This document shows positions 16,714-25,868 of a stretch of 39,026 nucleotides of DNA, in pieces. Origin of the DNA: Candidatus Kuenenbacteria bacterium RIFCSPHIGHO2_02_FULL_39_13 (GTDB lineage: Bacteria; Patescibacteriota; Patescibacteriia; UBA2196; GWA2-42-15); contig MFMW01000005.1 of NCBI GenBank assembly GCA_001783595.1, forward strand, positions 18,377-57,402. The letters run 5' to 3'. The position numbers and the translations under genes were made by a program. The notes under the pieces were generated by a model. It ran no database searches. It had not been told where the DNA came from and saw only the letters and a program-made list of their open reading frames with translations. Every line of letters starts with the position of its first letter. Position 1 is the stretch's first letter.

Positions 16714-18297
16714 ATGCCAACTATTAATTCAAAAAATAGGCCATACCATCCATTTGTTCTAATAATATTAGATGGTTTTGGCATTGCTCCTTCTGGCCCT
16801 GGCAATGCCATTAGGTTGGCAAAATTGTCCAATTTAAACTATTATTTTTCCCATTATCCCTACACTGAATTAAAAGCTCATGGCGAGTATGTCGGTCTTT
16901 TTCCCGGCGAAGAGGGCAATTCTGAAGCCGGTCATATTAATCTTGGCGCTGGCAGGATTGTCAAACAGGATGTGGTGGCAGTTTCTGATATGATTAAAGA
17001 CGGCACTTTTTTTAAAAATGCCGCTTTTCTTGCCGCCTTTGATTATGTTAAAAAAAATAAATCAAATTTGCACTTTATTGGTCTTTTAACCGGTCCTAAT
17101 TCAGCTCATGCCTATCCGGAACATCTTGACGCCTTGATTAAAATGACGCGCCAGAACAAACTTAAGCAAGTTTACCTTCATCTTTTTACTGACGGCCGCG
17201 ATTCCCCGCCCTTTGAAGGTTACAGTTATTTGCAGCGATTATTACAAAAACTTGATCCGGCGCATGAACAAATAGCCACGCTTATGGGCCGTTTCTATGG
17301 TATGGACCGCAAAAAAGAATGGACTAGAACTGAACTTGCTTTTAACGCCCTTGTCTTTGGCAGCCAATACCATGCCGACCATCCCTTAAAAGCAGTTGAA
17401 GACGGTTATGGCCGCGGTGAATCAGATGAATATATTAAGCCAACCACTATTTATAAAAATAATAAAATGCTGCCGCGGATCAAAGACAACGACGCTATTA
17501 TTTTTTTTAACGCCCGGTCTGACCGCGCCAGGCAATTAACCAAAGCTTTTGTTCAGGACAAATTTAATGAGCAAAACCCCGGCTCATTTCGGCGCAAAAG
17601 GAAATTAAACAACCTTGTTTTTGTCGCCCTTACTGATTTTGGGCCGGATCTGCCTAATATCTTGACTGCTTATCCTTCGCCTGATTTAAAAAATACCCTA
17701 GCTATGGAACTTGCCGATCTGCGCCAGCTTTATATTGCTGAAACTGATAAATATGGTCACCTGACATATTTTTTTAATGGCGGTTATGCTGATCCAGTTG
17801 CCGGAGAAGAAAGAATTTTAATCAAATCGCCTGATGCTAGATCATACGATTCAGTACCTAATATGTCTGCCGGCACCATTGCTGACATTGTAGTTAAAAA
17901 TATCCAAAATAAAATTTATGATTTTGCCGCTGTTAATTTTGCCAATCCGGACATGCTCGGCCATACCGGCAACTTAAGCGCAACTATCAAGGGCTTGGAA
18001 TTTATGGATAAATGTGTTAAGAAAATTGTATTGGAAGCAGTTGATAAAAACAGAGGCTATGTTGTAATTACTGCTGATCATGGCAACGCCGAGGAAATGA
18101 TTGATATTAAAACTGGCAAGGTAGATACCCAGCACTCAATTTTTCCAGTTCCATTTTGTATTATTGGTCCGGCAGAGCCAGTTAGAAAAATAAAACTCCG
18201 TTCCAACGGCATCCTGGCTGACGTGGCGCCCACTATTCTTTATTTAATGAAACGGGACAAACCTCAAGAAATGACAGGAAAAAATTTGATTATATAA
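16714..18297 (+). CDS. gpmI: 2,3-bisphosphoglycerate-independent phosphoglycerate mutase
   Basis: LIILDGFG, GNSEAGH, DGRD, GRFYGMDR, N.DMLGHTG, TADHGNAE. Confidence 0.96.
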   Translation: MPTINSKNRPYHPFVLIILDGFGIAPSGPGNAIRLAKLSNLNYYFSHYPYTELKAHGEYVGLFPGEEGNSEAGHINLGAGRIVKQDVVAVSDMIKDGTFFKNAAFLAAFDYVKKNKSNLHFIGLLTGPNSAHAYPEHLDALIKMTRQNKLKQVYLHLFTDGRDSPPFEGYSYLQRLLQKLDPAHEQIATLMGRFYGMDRKKEWTRTELAFNALVFGSQYHADHPLKAVEDGYGRGESDEYIKPTTIYKNNKMLPRIKDNDAIIFFNARSDRARQLTKAFVQDKFNEQNPGSFRRKRKLNNLVFVALTDFGPDLPNILTAYPSPDLKNTLAMELADLRQLYIAETDKYGHLTYFFNGGYADPVAGEERILIKSPDARSYDSVPNMSAGTIADIVVKNIQNKIYDFAAVNFANPDMLGHTGNLSATIKGLEFMDKCVKKIVLEAVDKNRGYVVITADHGNAEEMIDIKTGKVDTQHSIFPVPFCIIGPAEPVRKIKLRSNGILADVAPTILYLMKRDKPQEMTGKNLII

Positions 18298-18306
18298 TGT
18301 GTAGGT

Positions 18307-18388
18307 CTTTGCGGTGCCTTCGGCACAACGCAAAGCCCGTTCTCGGTACTCGGCCTAAAGCAGTTTAGGCCTCGTTTAACCCTCGAAC
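18307..18388. other. Structured intergenic element with two hairpins
   Basis: CTTTGCG-GTGCC-TTC-GGCAC-AA-CGCAAAG and GGCCTAAA-GCAG-TTTAGGCC. Confidence 0.5.
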
Positions 18389-18389
18389 T

Positions 18390-19427
18390 ATGAAGATTAT
18401 AATCTTTGCCGGCGGCGTGGGCACCAGATTTTGGCCAATCTCTCGCCGTAAATTTCCCAAACAATTCCAAAAGATATTTAATGGCCAATCAACTTTAGAG
18501 CTCGCCTGGCAGAGAATAGCTCCTTATTTTGGCGCGGAAAATATTTATTTGCAAACCACTCCTGAATTAAAAAATCTAACCTTAAAAGAACTGACCGGAT
18601 TAAAGAAAGATCATATTATTATTGAACCTGAAAGAAGAAATAATGGCCCGGCTGTTTGCCTAGCTCTCCAAAAACTAATTCAAGAAAATAAATCCGGCCC
18701 AGTAGCCATTCTTTGGGCTGATCACCTGATGGATCAGCCGCAAGAGTTTGTTAAGAATTTAAAAACAGCTGAAAAATTAATTCAAGAAAATCCTAACAGG
18801 TTTATTTTTCTGGCTGAACAGCCTCGCTTTGCCAATAATAATTTGGGCTGGATTCATGTCGGAGAAAAAGTCGGCCGGATAGGGAAGTGCGATTATTTCA
18901 AATTCCTTGGTTGGCAATACAAACCAAAGCAGGCTGAATGCCATAAAATATTTGAATCTGGAGAATATTTCTGGAATCCAGGCTACTTCATCAGCTCAAT
19001 TAAATTTCTCAATGATCAATTTCAAAAACTTGCTCCTGAAATGTGCCAGTCAGTTAAAAATGACTATGCCCATGCTCCTAAAATCAGTTTTGATCAAGCA
19101 ATTATTGAGCGGCTTGATTTATCCCAGGCAGTCATTCTGAAAACAAATATGGGCTGGTCAGACCCGGGTAGTTTATACGCGCTCAAAGAAGCTTTACAAA
19201 AATCACAAGATGAAAATGTTATTCAAGGCAAAGTTTTCAATCTTGATTCCCAGGACTGCCTTGTTTATAATTTTGAAGACAAAAAACTCCTCACTACCGT
19301 CGGTCTTGAGGGCCAAGTGGTCATCAACACCAGAGATGCTCTGATTGTTGTGCCCAAAGACAAAGTCAAACAAATTACCGAGCTGTTGGAAAAATTAGAA
19401 CAAGAGGGGTTGGCAGAATATTTGTAG
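18390..19427 (+). CDS. manC: Mannose-1-phosphate guanylyltransferase
   Basis: AGG.GTRFWP.SR...PKQF, EP..RN..PA, ADH, WN.G.F, ISFD.AI.E, GWSD.GS. Confidence 0.88.
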   Translation: MKIIIFAGGVGTRFWPISRRKFPKQFQKIFNGQSTLELAWQRIAPYFGAENIYLQTTPELKNLTLKELTGLKKDHIIIEPERRNNGPAVCLALQKLIQENKSGPVAILWADHLMDQPQEFVKNLKTAEKLIQENPNRFIFLAEQPRFANNNLGWIHVGEKVGRIGKCDYFKFLGWQYKPKQAECHKIFESGEYFWNPGYFISSIKFLNDQFQKLAPEMCQSVKNDYAHAPKISFDQAIIERLDLSQAVILKTNMGWSDPGSLYALKEALQKSQDENVIQGKVFNLDSQDCLVYNFEDKKLLTTVGLEGQVVINTRDALIVVPKDKVKQITELLEKLEQEGLAEYL

Positions 19428-19448
19428 CAAAGAGAATTTATTGTCTCA

Positions 19449-19478
19449 TTGACTTTTATCCCTTGTTATTTGTATAAT
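19449..19478 (+). promoter_or_regulatory. sigma70 promoter giving a probably leaderless mltG mRNA
   Basis: TTGACT-N18-TATAAT; ATG at 19485 is at the expected +1. Confidence 0.6.
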
Positions 19479-19484
19479 TATTAT

Positions 19485-20549
19485 ATGCCAGTCTATAAAC
19501 TAGAAAAGCAAAAAGCAAAAAAAAGTGGCCGGAAAATTTTCGGCGTTTTTATTAGCCTTGTTATTTTTGTCGGTTTTATAATGAGCATCTGGTTTTTATT
19601 TATTCTTTTAAACCCCATTTCTATTGGACACACCCAGTTCACCATCAGCCATGGACAAAATGTCAATGAAATTAGCCAAAATCTTTTTGCAAATGGCATA
19701 ATTAAAAGCAAATTTGTTTTTGAAATCTACGTTTATCTTAAAGGCATTGAAGGCAAACTTAAAGCAGGAGAATATAACCTGCCAAACGTTATAAATATCA
19801 AACGGCTGACGGAAATTCTCATTGTCGGTGAGCTACCTCAAGAATGGGAATTGACAGTGATTGAAGGTTGGACAATTAAAGACATTGCCTGGCAGCTGGA
19901 AAACATTGGTAAGTTTCAAGCAGTAGAGCTTCTTGAAGCAACCGGCGTCAACCAGCCGAACAATCAATTTAATTTTGACATTTCAAATTATGACTTTTTA
20001 AGCGATAAACCAACAACCGTCAATCTTGAAGGCTATATGTTTCCTGATACTTACCGTTTTTTCGCTTACGCGACCATTGACGATATTGTCCGTAAAATGC
20101 TTAATAATTTTGACAAGAAATTAACCCTGCAGCTGCGCCAAGACATTCAAGCCCAAGGCAAAACTATTTTTGACATTATTACCATGGCTTCAATCATTGA
20201 ACGGGAAGTTATGACGGACAATGATCGCGCTATTGCTGCCGGCATTTTTTGGAAACGGCTTGAGGCTGGCGTGCCGCTTCAGGCAGATTCCACCATTAAC
20301 TACATCACTGGCAAAAAAACCCCGGCAGTTTCCGCTGAAGACTTAAAAATCAATTCATTCTACAACACCTATCTTTATCCCGGTTTGCCGCCCGGCCCAA
20401 TCAGTAATCCCGGCCTAGCTTCAATTAAAGCCGCTGTCTATCCGCAAGCCTCGGATTATTGGTATTTTCTCACTGACAGCGATGGCAACGTCCATTACGC
20501 GCCTGATTTTGAAGAGCATAAGGCGAATAAGGTGAAGTATTTGAATTAA
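19485..20549 (+). CDS. mltG: Endolytic transglycosylase MltG (YceG)
   Basis: N-terminal TM, LEGYMFPDTY, ASIIEREV, LQADST, YNTY...GLPPGPISNPG. Confidence 0.94.
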   Translation: MPVYKLEKQKAKKSGRKIFGVFISLVIFVGFIMSIWFLFILLNPISIGHTQFTISHGQNVNEISQNLFANGIIKSKFVFEIYVYLKGIEGKLKAGEYNLPNVINIKRLTEILIVGELPQEWELTVIEGWTIKDIAWQLENIGKFQAVELLEATGVNQPNNQFNFDISNYDFLSDKPTTVNLEGYMFPDTYRFFAYATIDDIVRKMLNNFDKKLTLQLRQDIQAQGKTIFDIITMASIIEREVMTDNDRAIAAGIFWKRLEAGVPLQADSTINYITGKKTPAVSAEDLKINSFYNTYLYPGLPPGPISNPGLASIKAAVYPQASDYWYFLTDSDGNVHYAPDFEEHKANKVKYLN

Positions 20550-20552
20550 AAT

Positions 20553-20581
20553 TTGACACCTATTTTCGTCTGTTGTATAAT
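20553..20581 (+). promoter_or_regulatory. Consensus sigma70 promoter
   Basis: TTGACA-N17-TATAAT. Confidence 0.8.
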
Positions 20582-20616
20582 GTAAGAGTTATAAATATTC
20601 CTGTTCAATTACTCAT

Positions 20617-21051
20617 ATGCTTGAACAAAAAGACTATAAAAAATTAGAAAAACTTTTTGACCAGCGAGGACGTCAGCTTTTTAAGGAAGAAGGGCGCAAG
20701 TTGTTTGAACAAGAAGGTAAGAAGTTGTTTGAACAAGAAGGTAAGAAGTTAGAAGACAGAATTATTACCCAAGTCGGTGAAATGATTGAACAGAACATCT
20801 CGCCTATTTTATGTGATCACACAAACAGGCTGGATAAGCTTGAAAAAAAGATTAACAATTTACCGGACAAGCTTTACTTAAGTGATAAGTTCGCCGACTT
20901 GCAAGCCAACGTTACATCTCGCCAAAGAAAAGAAGACGAGAAAGTTAATCTTCTGATTAGTTTCCTTAAAAAGAGAAAGGTGTTGGTTGATAGAGAAGTA
21001 GAAATACTTGAGGCAATTGAAGTGTTTCCTAATCCTCAAAAAATAAGTTAG
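20617..21051 (+). CDS. Hypothetical coiled-coil protein with an 8-aa tandem repeat
   Basis: KLFDQRGR-QLFKEEGR-KLFEQEGK-KLFEQEGK; own consensus promoter. Confidence 0.7.
   Translation: MLEQKDYKKLEKLFDQRGRQLFKEEGRKLFEQEGKKLFEQEGKKLEDRIITQVGEMIEQNISPILCDHTNRLDKLEKKINNLPDKLYLSDKFADLQANVTSRQRKEDEKVNLLISFLKKRKVLVDREVEILEAIEVFPNPQKIS
20650..20750 (+). repeat. 24-nt coding tandem repeat
   Basis: AAGTTGTTTGAACAAGAAGGTAAG exact at 20698 and 20722, plus two diverged upstream units. Confidence 0.85.
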
Positions 21052-21072
21052 TAAAATCAATTTAACTTAAAT

Positions 21073-21101
21073 TTGACATCTTGCGTTTTTCTTGCTAGAC
21101 T
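21073..21101 (+). promoter_or_regulatory. Promoter of rplJ-rplL
   Basis: TTGACA-N17-TAGACT with TGn extension. Confidence 0.7.
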
Positions 21102-21120
21102 TACTCTAGCAATTTAAATT

Positions 21121-21240
21121 ACCCGCAGACAGCAGGCAAATCCGCCTCCATTCGGAGTCGAGACAAGTAAGACCTGCCGAGGTCAAAATTTTAGCTAATT
21201 TTAGCTATATTAATCTCTGCGGTAAAACGCGGTTTTTTAA
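21121..21240 (+). promoter_or_regulatory. Ribosomal protein L10 leader RNA
   Basis: CCGCAGACAGCAGG...CCTGCCGAGG...TCTGCGG motif upstream of rplJ; boundaries approximate. Confidence 0.75.
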
Positions 21241-21256
21241 TTTTAATGATGCAATA

Positions 21257-21781
21257 ATGCCAAAAACAAGACAACAAAAAGAAACTGTTTTGAGTGAGCT
21301 AACAGATAATTTAAAAAATGCCAAATCAGCCGTCTTGGCTAATTTTTCAGCCATTACGGTCAAGGACGACCAGCAGTTAAGAAACGTTATACGTTGCCAA
21401 GAGATCAATTATTCAGTTATTAAGAAAACACTTTTGAGGAAAGCTTTTGAAAAATTAGGCTTTAAGACAGATTTGTTTAAGGGTGTTGACGGCAACATTT
21501 CCATGGCCATTTCAGCCGCAGATGAAGTTGCTCCGGCCAAAGCCATTCACGGTTTTATTGCCAAAAATAATAATATGAACATTATTGGCGGCATACTGGA
21601 AAACAATTGGATTGACAGTAATAAAGTCAAAGCGCTGGCTGTTTTGCCGTCAAAACAAGAGTTGCTTGCCAAAGCCATTAGTACAATCAAAGCGCCGCTA
21701 AGCGGATTGGTAAATGTCCTAGCAGGCAATTTGCGAGGTTTGGTTAATGTTTTGAAGGCAATTAAAGATCAAAAGTCGTAG
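21257..21781 (+). CDS. rplJ: 50S ribosomal protein L10
   Basis: MPKTRQQK, V.KKTLL..A, LA.LPSK.ELLA; upstream of rplL. Confidence 0.95.
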   Translation: MPKTRQQKETVLSELTDNLKNAKSAVLANFSAITVKDDQQLRNVIRCQEINYSVIKKTLLRKAFEKLGFKTDLFKGVDGNISMAISAADEVAPAKAIHGFIAKNNNMNIIGGILENNWIDSNKVKALAVLPSKQELLAKAISTIKAPLSGLVNVLAGNLRGLVNVLKAIKDQKS

Positions 21782-21817
21782 AAAATAAATAATATTTTAT
21801 TAATTAATTATAATAAT

Positions 21818-22243
21818 ATGGCAGATGAACAAAAAACCCAAGAAGAAAAAATTGTTGCCGTGCCTGACAAATTCAAATCAATCGTAGCAGAGATTGAAAA
21901 AATGTCAGTCATTGACCTGTCGGCGCTGGTTAAAATTCTTGAGGAAAAATTCGGTGTTTCCGCTGCTGCTCCCATGATGATGGCGGCCATGCCAGTTGCT
22001 GGCAATGGTATGGCAGAAGCTGCCGCGGAAAAATCAGATTTTGATATTGAGCTCACCGCTACCGGTGAAAATAAAATCGCTGTCATTAAAGCCATTCGCG
22101 AGGTCACTGAAAAAGGCTTAAAAGAAGCTAAAGACATGGCAGAAGGCGCTCCAGTAACAATTAAAACCGCTGTCAAAAAAGAAGAATCCGAGGCAATAAA
22201 GAAAAAGCTTGAAGCAGCAGGCGCCCAAGTTACTTTGAAATAA
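21818..22243 (+). CDS. rplL: 50S ribosomal protein L7/L12
   Basis: LEEKFGVSAAA, KIAVIK.IRE.T..GLKEAKD, LEAAGA.V.LK. Confidence 0.97.
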   Translation: MADEQKTQEEKIVAVPDKFKSIVAEIEKMSVIDLSALVKILEEKFGVSAAAPMMMAAMPVAGNGMAEAAAEKSDFDIELTATGENKIAVIKAIREVTEKGLKEAKDMAEGAPVTIKTAVKKEESEAIKKKLEAAGAQVTLK

Positions 22244-22262
22244 AATTTGTTTCAATTAAAAA

Positions 22263-22294
22263 TTCGCTCCGATAAGCATCAGAGCGGGTTTTTT
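22263..22294 (+). terminator. Intrinsic terminator after rplL
   Basis: TTCGCTCCGAT-AAGC-ATCAGAGCGGG followed by TTTTTT. Confidence 0.65.
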
Positions 22295-22307
22295 AATTAC
22301 TCAAAAA

Positions 22308-24386
22308 TTACAATTCTATCTTATAAACTTTATTAACCGTCATAATGTATAGTTCTTGTTCGTTGCTGTTCGGCGCTATGGAAATTATTTTTTCCAGCTC
22401 ATCGCCCAAAAATTGTTTTGACACCCGGCCGGTTTTATCCGCTATAAGAATTCTATTTTTGTCCCGGTCAAGCAGATATAAGTTGTTGATTAGCTCGTTG
22501 GTCAGCAGCAGGGTATGGCTGCTTATTTTTTCATAAGCTCCTTTTAAGCTAAAAACCTCTTTTTTGCCTTTAAAAAATTTGTTTATCTGGCCGTCTTTCG
22601 CCCCTAGCCAGACATTGCCGTCAACCGCAATTGTCTCATTGCCCGCCAGATCCTCCTGGCCGGACAGCCATTTAGTCGGGGTGGCAAAACTAGTCGTCTG
22701 ATAATTATATTTGTATATATTATTATTTCCGTCATCAAGCAAATATATTTTTAATCCGTAAACTGCTAGGTCAACCAGCTGGCTTTTTTCCGGCAGCTCC
22801 AAAGCAATTTCTCTGACGTTATAATTATTGGTATCCATTATCCACAGTTTGCCCGCCGAGGTCAAAATTAGCATTTTATTTTTTTCAAAATTCATCAGCT
22901 TTTTAGCCTGTCCAGCGATACTGGCCACTTTGTCCAGCGCCTTATTGGCGGAGTTCACCTTGTAAATTTCATCTCCGCGCGCCAAATAAATTATATTATT
23001 TGAAGCGAGATATATATTGGATGTTGGCGCAAAGCCTTGCGGCAAATCAGCCGTCACTTCCGGGTTGGTAATAGTTTCTAAATTATAAATTCTATTAATC
23101 TGCTTTGCCAGCTTATTTTTTAATTCCTGATACTGGTATTGTTCTTCAGGATTATTGCTCGTTAGCTTGGCCAAAAGATTATTGGCTTCGCTCAAAAGCC
23201 CTTGCGCTTTGTCCTCGTCTTTGTAAATGAGCGCCGCTTCCACAGAATTTATCTTGCTGTTTATTTCTTCAGCCAATGTCTGGAATTCCTGCTTCTTCGT
23301 TTGCTTTGCATTTTTTTTATTAATCATAAGCAAACTGCCGGCAAATAAAATGGCGGCCAATATAATGAGTAATATTAAGCGATACTCCACAATATTAAAG
23401 CTTTTCCATTTTTTAAAGGCCAAACCCCTTGCTTTTTTCCCAGTGTCCTGGTCAGCTATTTGTTGTTCACTCCCCACTCTTGTTTCAACCAACTGCCCGA
23501 GCTCTTTTTTTGCTTCTTTTTTGCCAGTCATTTTTAATCTGCCTGCTTTTTTAATCAGGGCGTGAATTTTAGCTAAGCCGCTTTTAGCAGAGCCAGCTAG
23601 GGCCATAAATATTTTAGCCATTATCCCTGGTGCGGCTTTGTTTAACATTGCCACGGCATCTATTGTTTGAAGCACATTAACTTCTGTTGTGGCATCAACA
23701 ATTTGTTGCGGCGTTTTTTTAAAAGCCATGAATTTAATAATAATAGTGCTAAAATCAACTGGCACTTTGTAATCAAGCAAAGTATTTTTAAAAAATGCGC
23801 AAGCCTGCGTCGGCGCCAAACTCATCACGGTTTTTTTGATTTTTTCATCTGAAAAATAGTCAAAAATAGTATTATTAGTTAGCAGTAAAATATCCTCGTT
23901 AATCAGCTGTCCGCTAATCAATTGACAAAGTATTTTTTTGCCAGTCGCATTTTTGTTGCCGCCGCCGCCTGTAATATCATGGATTTTATTGTTCCTAAAA
24001 AGCCAGGCGCGCAGGCCGCCAAAATTACTAATAATTAATTTGTTGTCTTGAACCGCCGCGATCAAAATACTCATTTTTTCTCTTATCCACCTTAAATTTT
24101 TGCCAGTAATGTCATCAATGTTTTCATTAAAATACTGCGCCGCCGTTTCCAGCGCTGCTTCCGTGTTTTTAGTAGGCGAGTGATAATAATATTCTGACAG
24201 CTCGTTCACCAACTGATCTAAAATACCGGGGATTTTTTTCTCGCGCGACCTTGACTCAACCACTATAAAAAGTTGTCCCAAACCCGTTGTCCCTTGCCTG
24301 TCGGAAGGCGCCACATACACATGCGATTGATAATAGCCCTTGGCATTGCCAATCGTTAATTTATCCACTTTTGTTTGATATATCAT
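22308..24386 (-). CDS. Hypothetical membrane protein: degenerate PP2C-like N-terminus, one TM helix, helical stalk, beta-propeller-like C-terminus
   Basis: Domain pattern by eye (D.LLL.N..FD; IYLLD...NIYKY and LYLLD...RIL repeats). Confidence 0.6.
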   Translation of the reverse strand: MIYQTKVDKLTIGNAKGYYQSHVYVAPSDRQGTTGLGQLFIVVESRSREKKIPGILDQLVNELSEYYYHSPTKNTEAALETAAQYFNENIDDITGKNLRWIREKMSILIAAVQDNKLIISNFGGLRAWLFRNNKIHDITGGGGNKNATGKKILCQLISGQLINEDILLLTNNTIFDYFSDEKIKKTVMSLAPTQACAFFKNTLLDYKVPVDFSTIIIKFMAFKKTPQQIVDATTEVNVLQTIDAVAMLNKAAPGIMAKIFMALAGSAKSGLAKIHALIKKAGRLKMTGKKEAKKELGQLVETRVGSEQQIADQDTGKKARGLAFKKWKSFNIVEYRLILLIILAAILFAGSLLMINKKNAKQTKKQEFQTLAEEINSKINSVEAALIYKDEDKAQGLLSEANNLLAKLTSNNPEEQYQYQELKNKLAKQINRIYNLETITNPEVTADLPQGFAPTSNIYLASNNIIYLARGDEIYKVNSANKALDKVASIAGQAKKLMNFEKNKMLILTSAGKLWIMDTNNYNVREIALELPEKSQLVDLAVYGLKIYLLDDGNNNIYKYNYQTTSFATPTKWLSGQEDLAGNETIAVDGNVWLGAKDGQINKFFKGKKEVFSLKGAYEKISSHTLLLTNELINNLYLLDRDKNRILIADKTGRVSKQFLGDELEKIISIAPNSNEQELYIMTVNKVYKIEL

Positions 24387-24497
24387 ACATAATTTATTTT
24401 ATCAGATTTTTCATTTTACAACAACAAAATACTATACTATAATAGAAATATCAATAAAATCGCCAAGGTACTATTAAATTAACTTAAGACTACGATT

Positions 24498-25100
24498 ATG
24501 TTAGAGGATTTATTTGGTTCAAAAACTCGCGCCAAACTTTTAACTCTGTTTTTCAATAACATTGACTCTGCCTTTTATGTGCGCGGCATTGCCAGAGACT
24601 TGAAAGAAAACATTAATTCCATTAGAAGAGAAGTTTTAAATCTGGAAAAACTGGGAATTATAAAGAGTGTGCCGCTTGATAAAATTGATGTTCCAAAAGA
24701 AGAGCTGGCGCGAGACAAGCAGGAAAACAGGAAATATTATCAGGTCAACAAAGAATACACCATGTTCAATGAGCTCCATAGCTTGATCATCCGCTCTAAA
24801 CTTCTAGTTGACAAAGCTATGCTTGAAAAACTTAAGGAGATGAACGGCATCAAGTTATTGGTTTTAAGCGGCATTTTTGTTTCCGATGTCAGGGCGCGCA
24901 CAGACATTCTCATTATGGGCAATGTTGATAAAAACAAAATCAGAAGATTAATTTCTGGTATGGAAAAAAATTTCAGCAATCCCATTCGCTATTCCGTGAT
25001 GACTCAAAAAGAATTTGACTATCGCAACCAGATGACCGACAAATTTTTATTTGAGATTATGGAAGGCAAAAAGCATGTGGTGGTGGATAGAAGACAATAA
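24498..25100 (+). CDS. wHTH transcriptional regulator with a degenerate nucleotidyltransferase-like domain
   Basis: LFGSKTRAKLL..FF....FYVR.IAR; same architecture as 11045-11602 but lacks the GS-X10-DxD motif. Confidence 0.7.
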   Translation: MLEDLFGSKTRAKLLTLFFNNIDSAFYVRGIARDLKENINSIRREVLNLEKLGIIKSVPLDKIDVPKEELARDKQENRKYYQVNKEYTMFNELHSLIIRSKLLVDKAMLEKLKEMNGIKLLVLSGIFVSDVRARTDILIMGNVDKNKIRRLISGMEKNFSNPIRYSVMTQKEFDYRNQMTDKFLFEIMEGKKHVVVDRRQ

Positions 25101-25142
25101 ACAATAAACAATAATCAATAATCAATAAGCAATAAGCAATAA
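25094..25142. repeat. Seven-unit NCAATAA heptamer array
   Basis: ACAATAA x3, TCAATAA x2, GCAATAA x2; first unit contains the upstream stop codon. Confidence 0.9.
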
Positions 25143-25176
25143 GCAAGGGCGCTTTTCAGGCGCTTTTGTTCGGAAT

Positions 25177-25845
25177 ATGAAAATATATCTCCAACAATTT
25201 TTATCTACTGCCGGACTAGCTTCCAGAAGGGCAGCGACTGACCTCATAAAACAAGGTCGTGTCAAAGTCAATCATAAACCAGCCGAGCTAGGCATAAAAA
25301 TTGATCCAAAAAAGGACAGGATAGAATACCAAGGTAAGATAATCAAAGCGCCTGAAGAAAAAGTCTATTATTTGGTCAATAAACCAATCGGTTGCACCTC
25401 AACTGTCAAAGACAGGCACGCCTTAAAAAAAGTGGTTGATCTTGTCCCTAAAGTTCCCAAAGTCTGGCCTGTTGGCCGGCTTGATAAAGATTCTCATGGT
25501 TTAATCATTCTTACCAACGACGGCGATTTGACTAACAAATTAACTCATCCTAAATTCAAGCATGAAAAAGAATATATTATTACGATAAATAAAGCCGTCA
25601 CTCAAGACTTATTATCAAAACTTTCAAAAGGCGTTAAATTAGAAGAAGGGTTGGCTCGGGCTGATAAAATTAATAAATTGGATGAAAATAAATTATCAAT
25701 TACTCTCCACCAAGGCTGGAAAAGGCAAATTAGAAGAATGCTGGGAAAGTGTGGATATAGAGTAATAGACTTACAAAGAATAAGAGTGGATAAAATTAAA
25801 TTAGGAAATTTAAGAATTGGTTTATACGCAAAAGTGCAATTATGA
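25177..25845 (+). CDS. rRNA pseudouridine synthase, RsuA/RluB family
   Basis: S4 domain (G.ASRR.A..LI.QGRV.VN), NKP.G, PVGRLDKDS.GL..LTNDG. Confidence 0.93.
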   Translation: MKIYLQQFLSTAGLASRRAATDLIKQGRVKVNHKPAELGIKIDPKKDRIEYQGKIIKAPEEKVYYLVNKPIGCTSTVKDRHALKKVVDLVPKVPKVWPVGRLDKDSHGLIILTNDGDLTNKLTHPKFKHEKEYIITINKAVTQDLLSKLSKGVKLEEGLARADKINKLDENKLSITLHQGWKRQIRRMLGKCGYRVIDLQRIRVDKIKLGNLRIGLYAKVQL

Positions 25846-25868
25846 AAATTAAAATCAAAAAATAGTAT

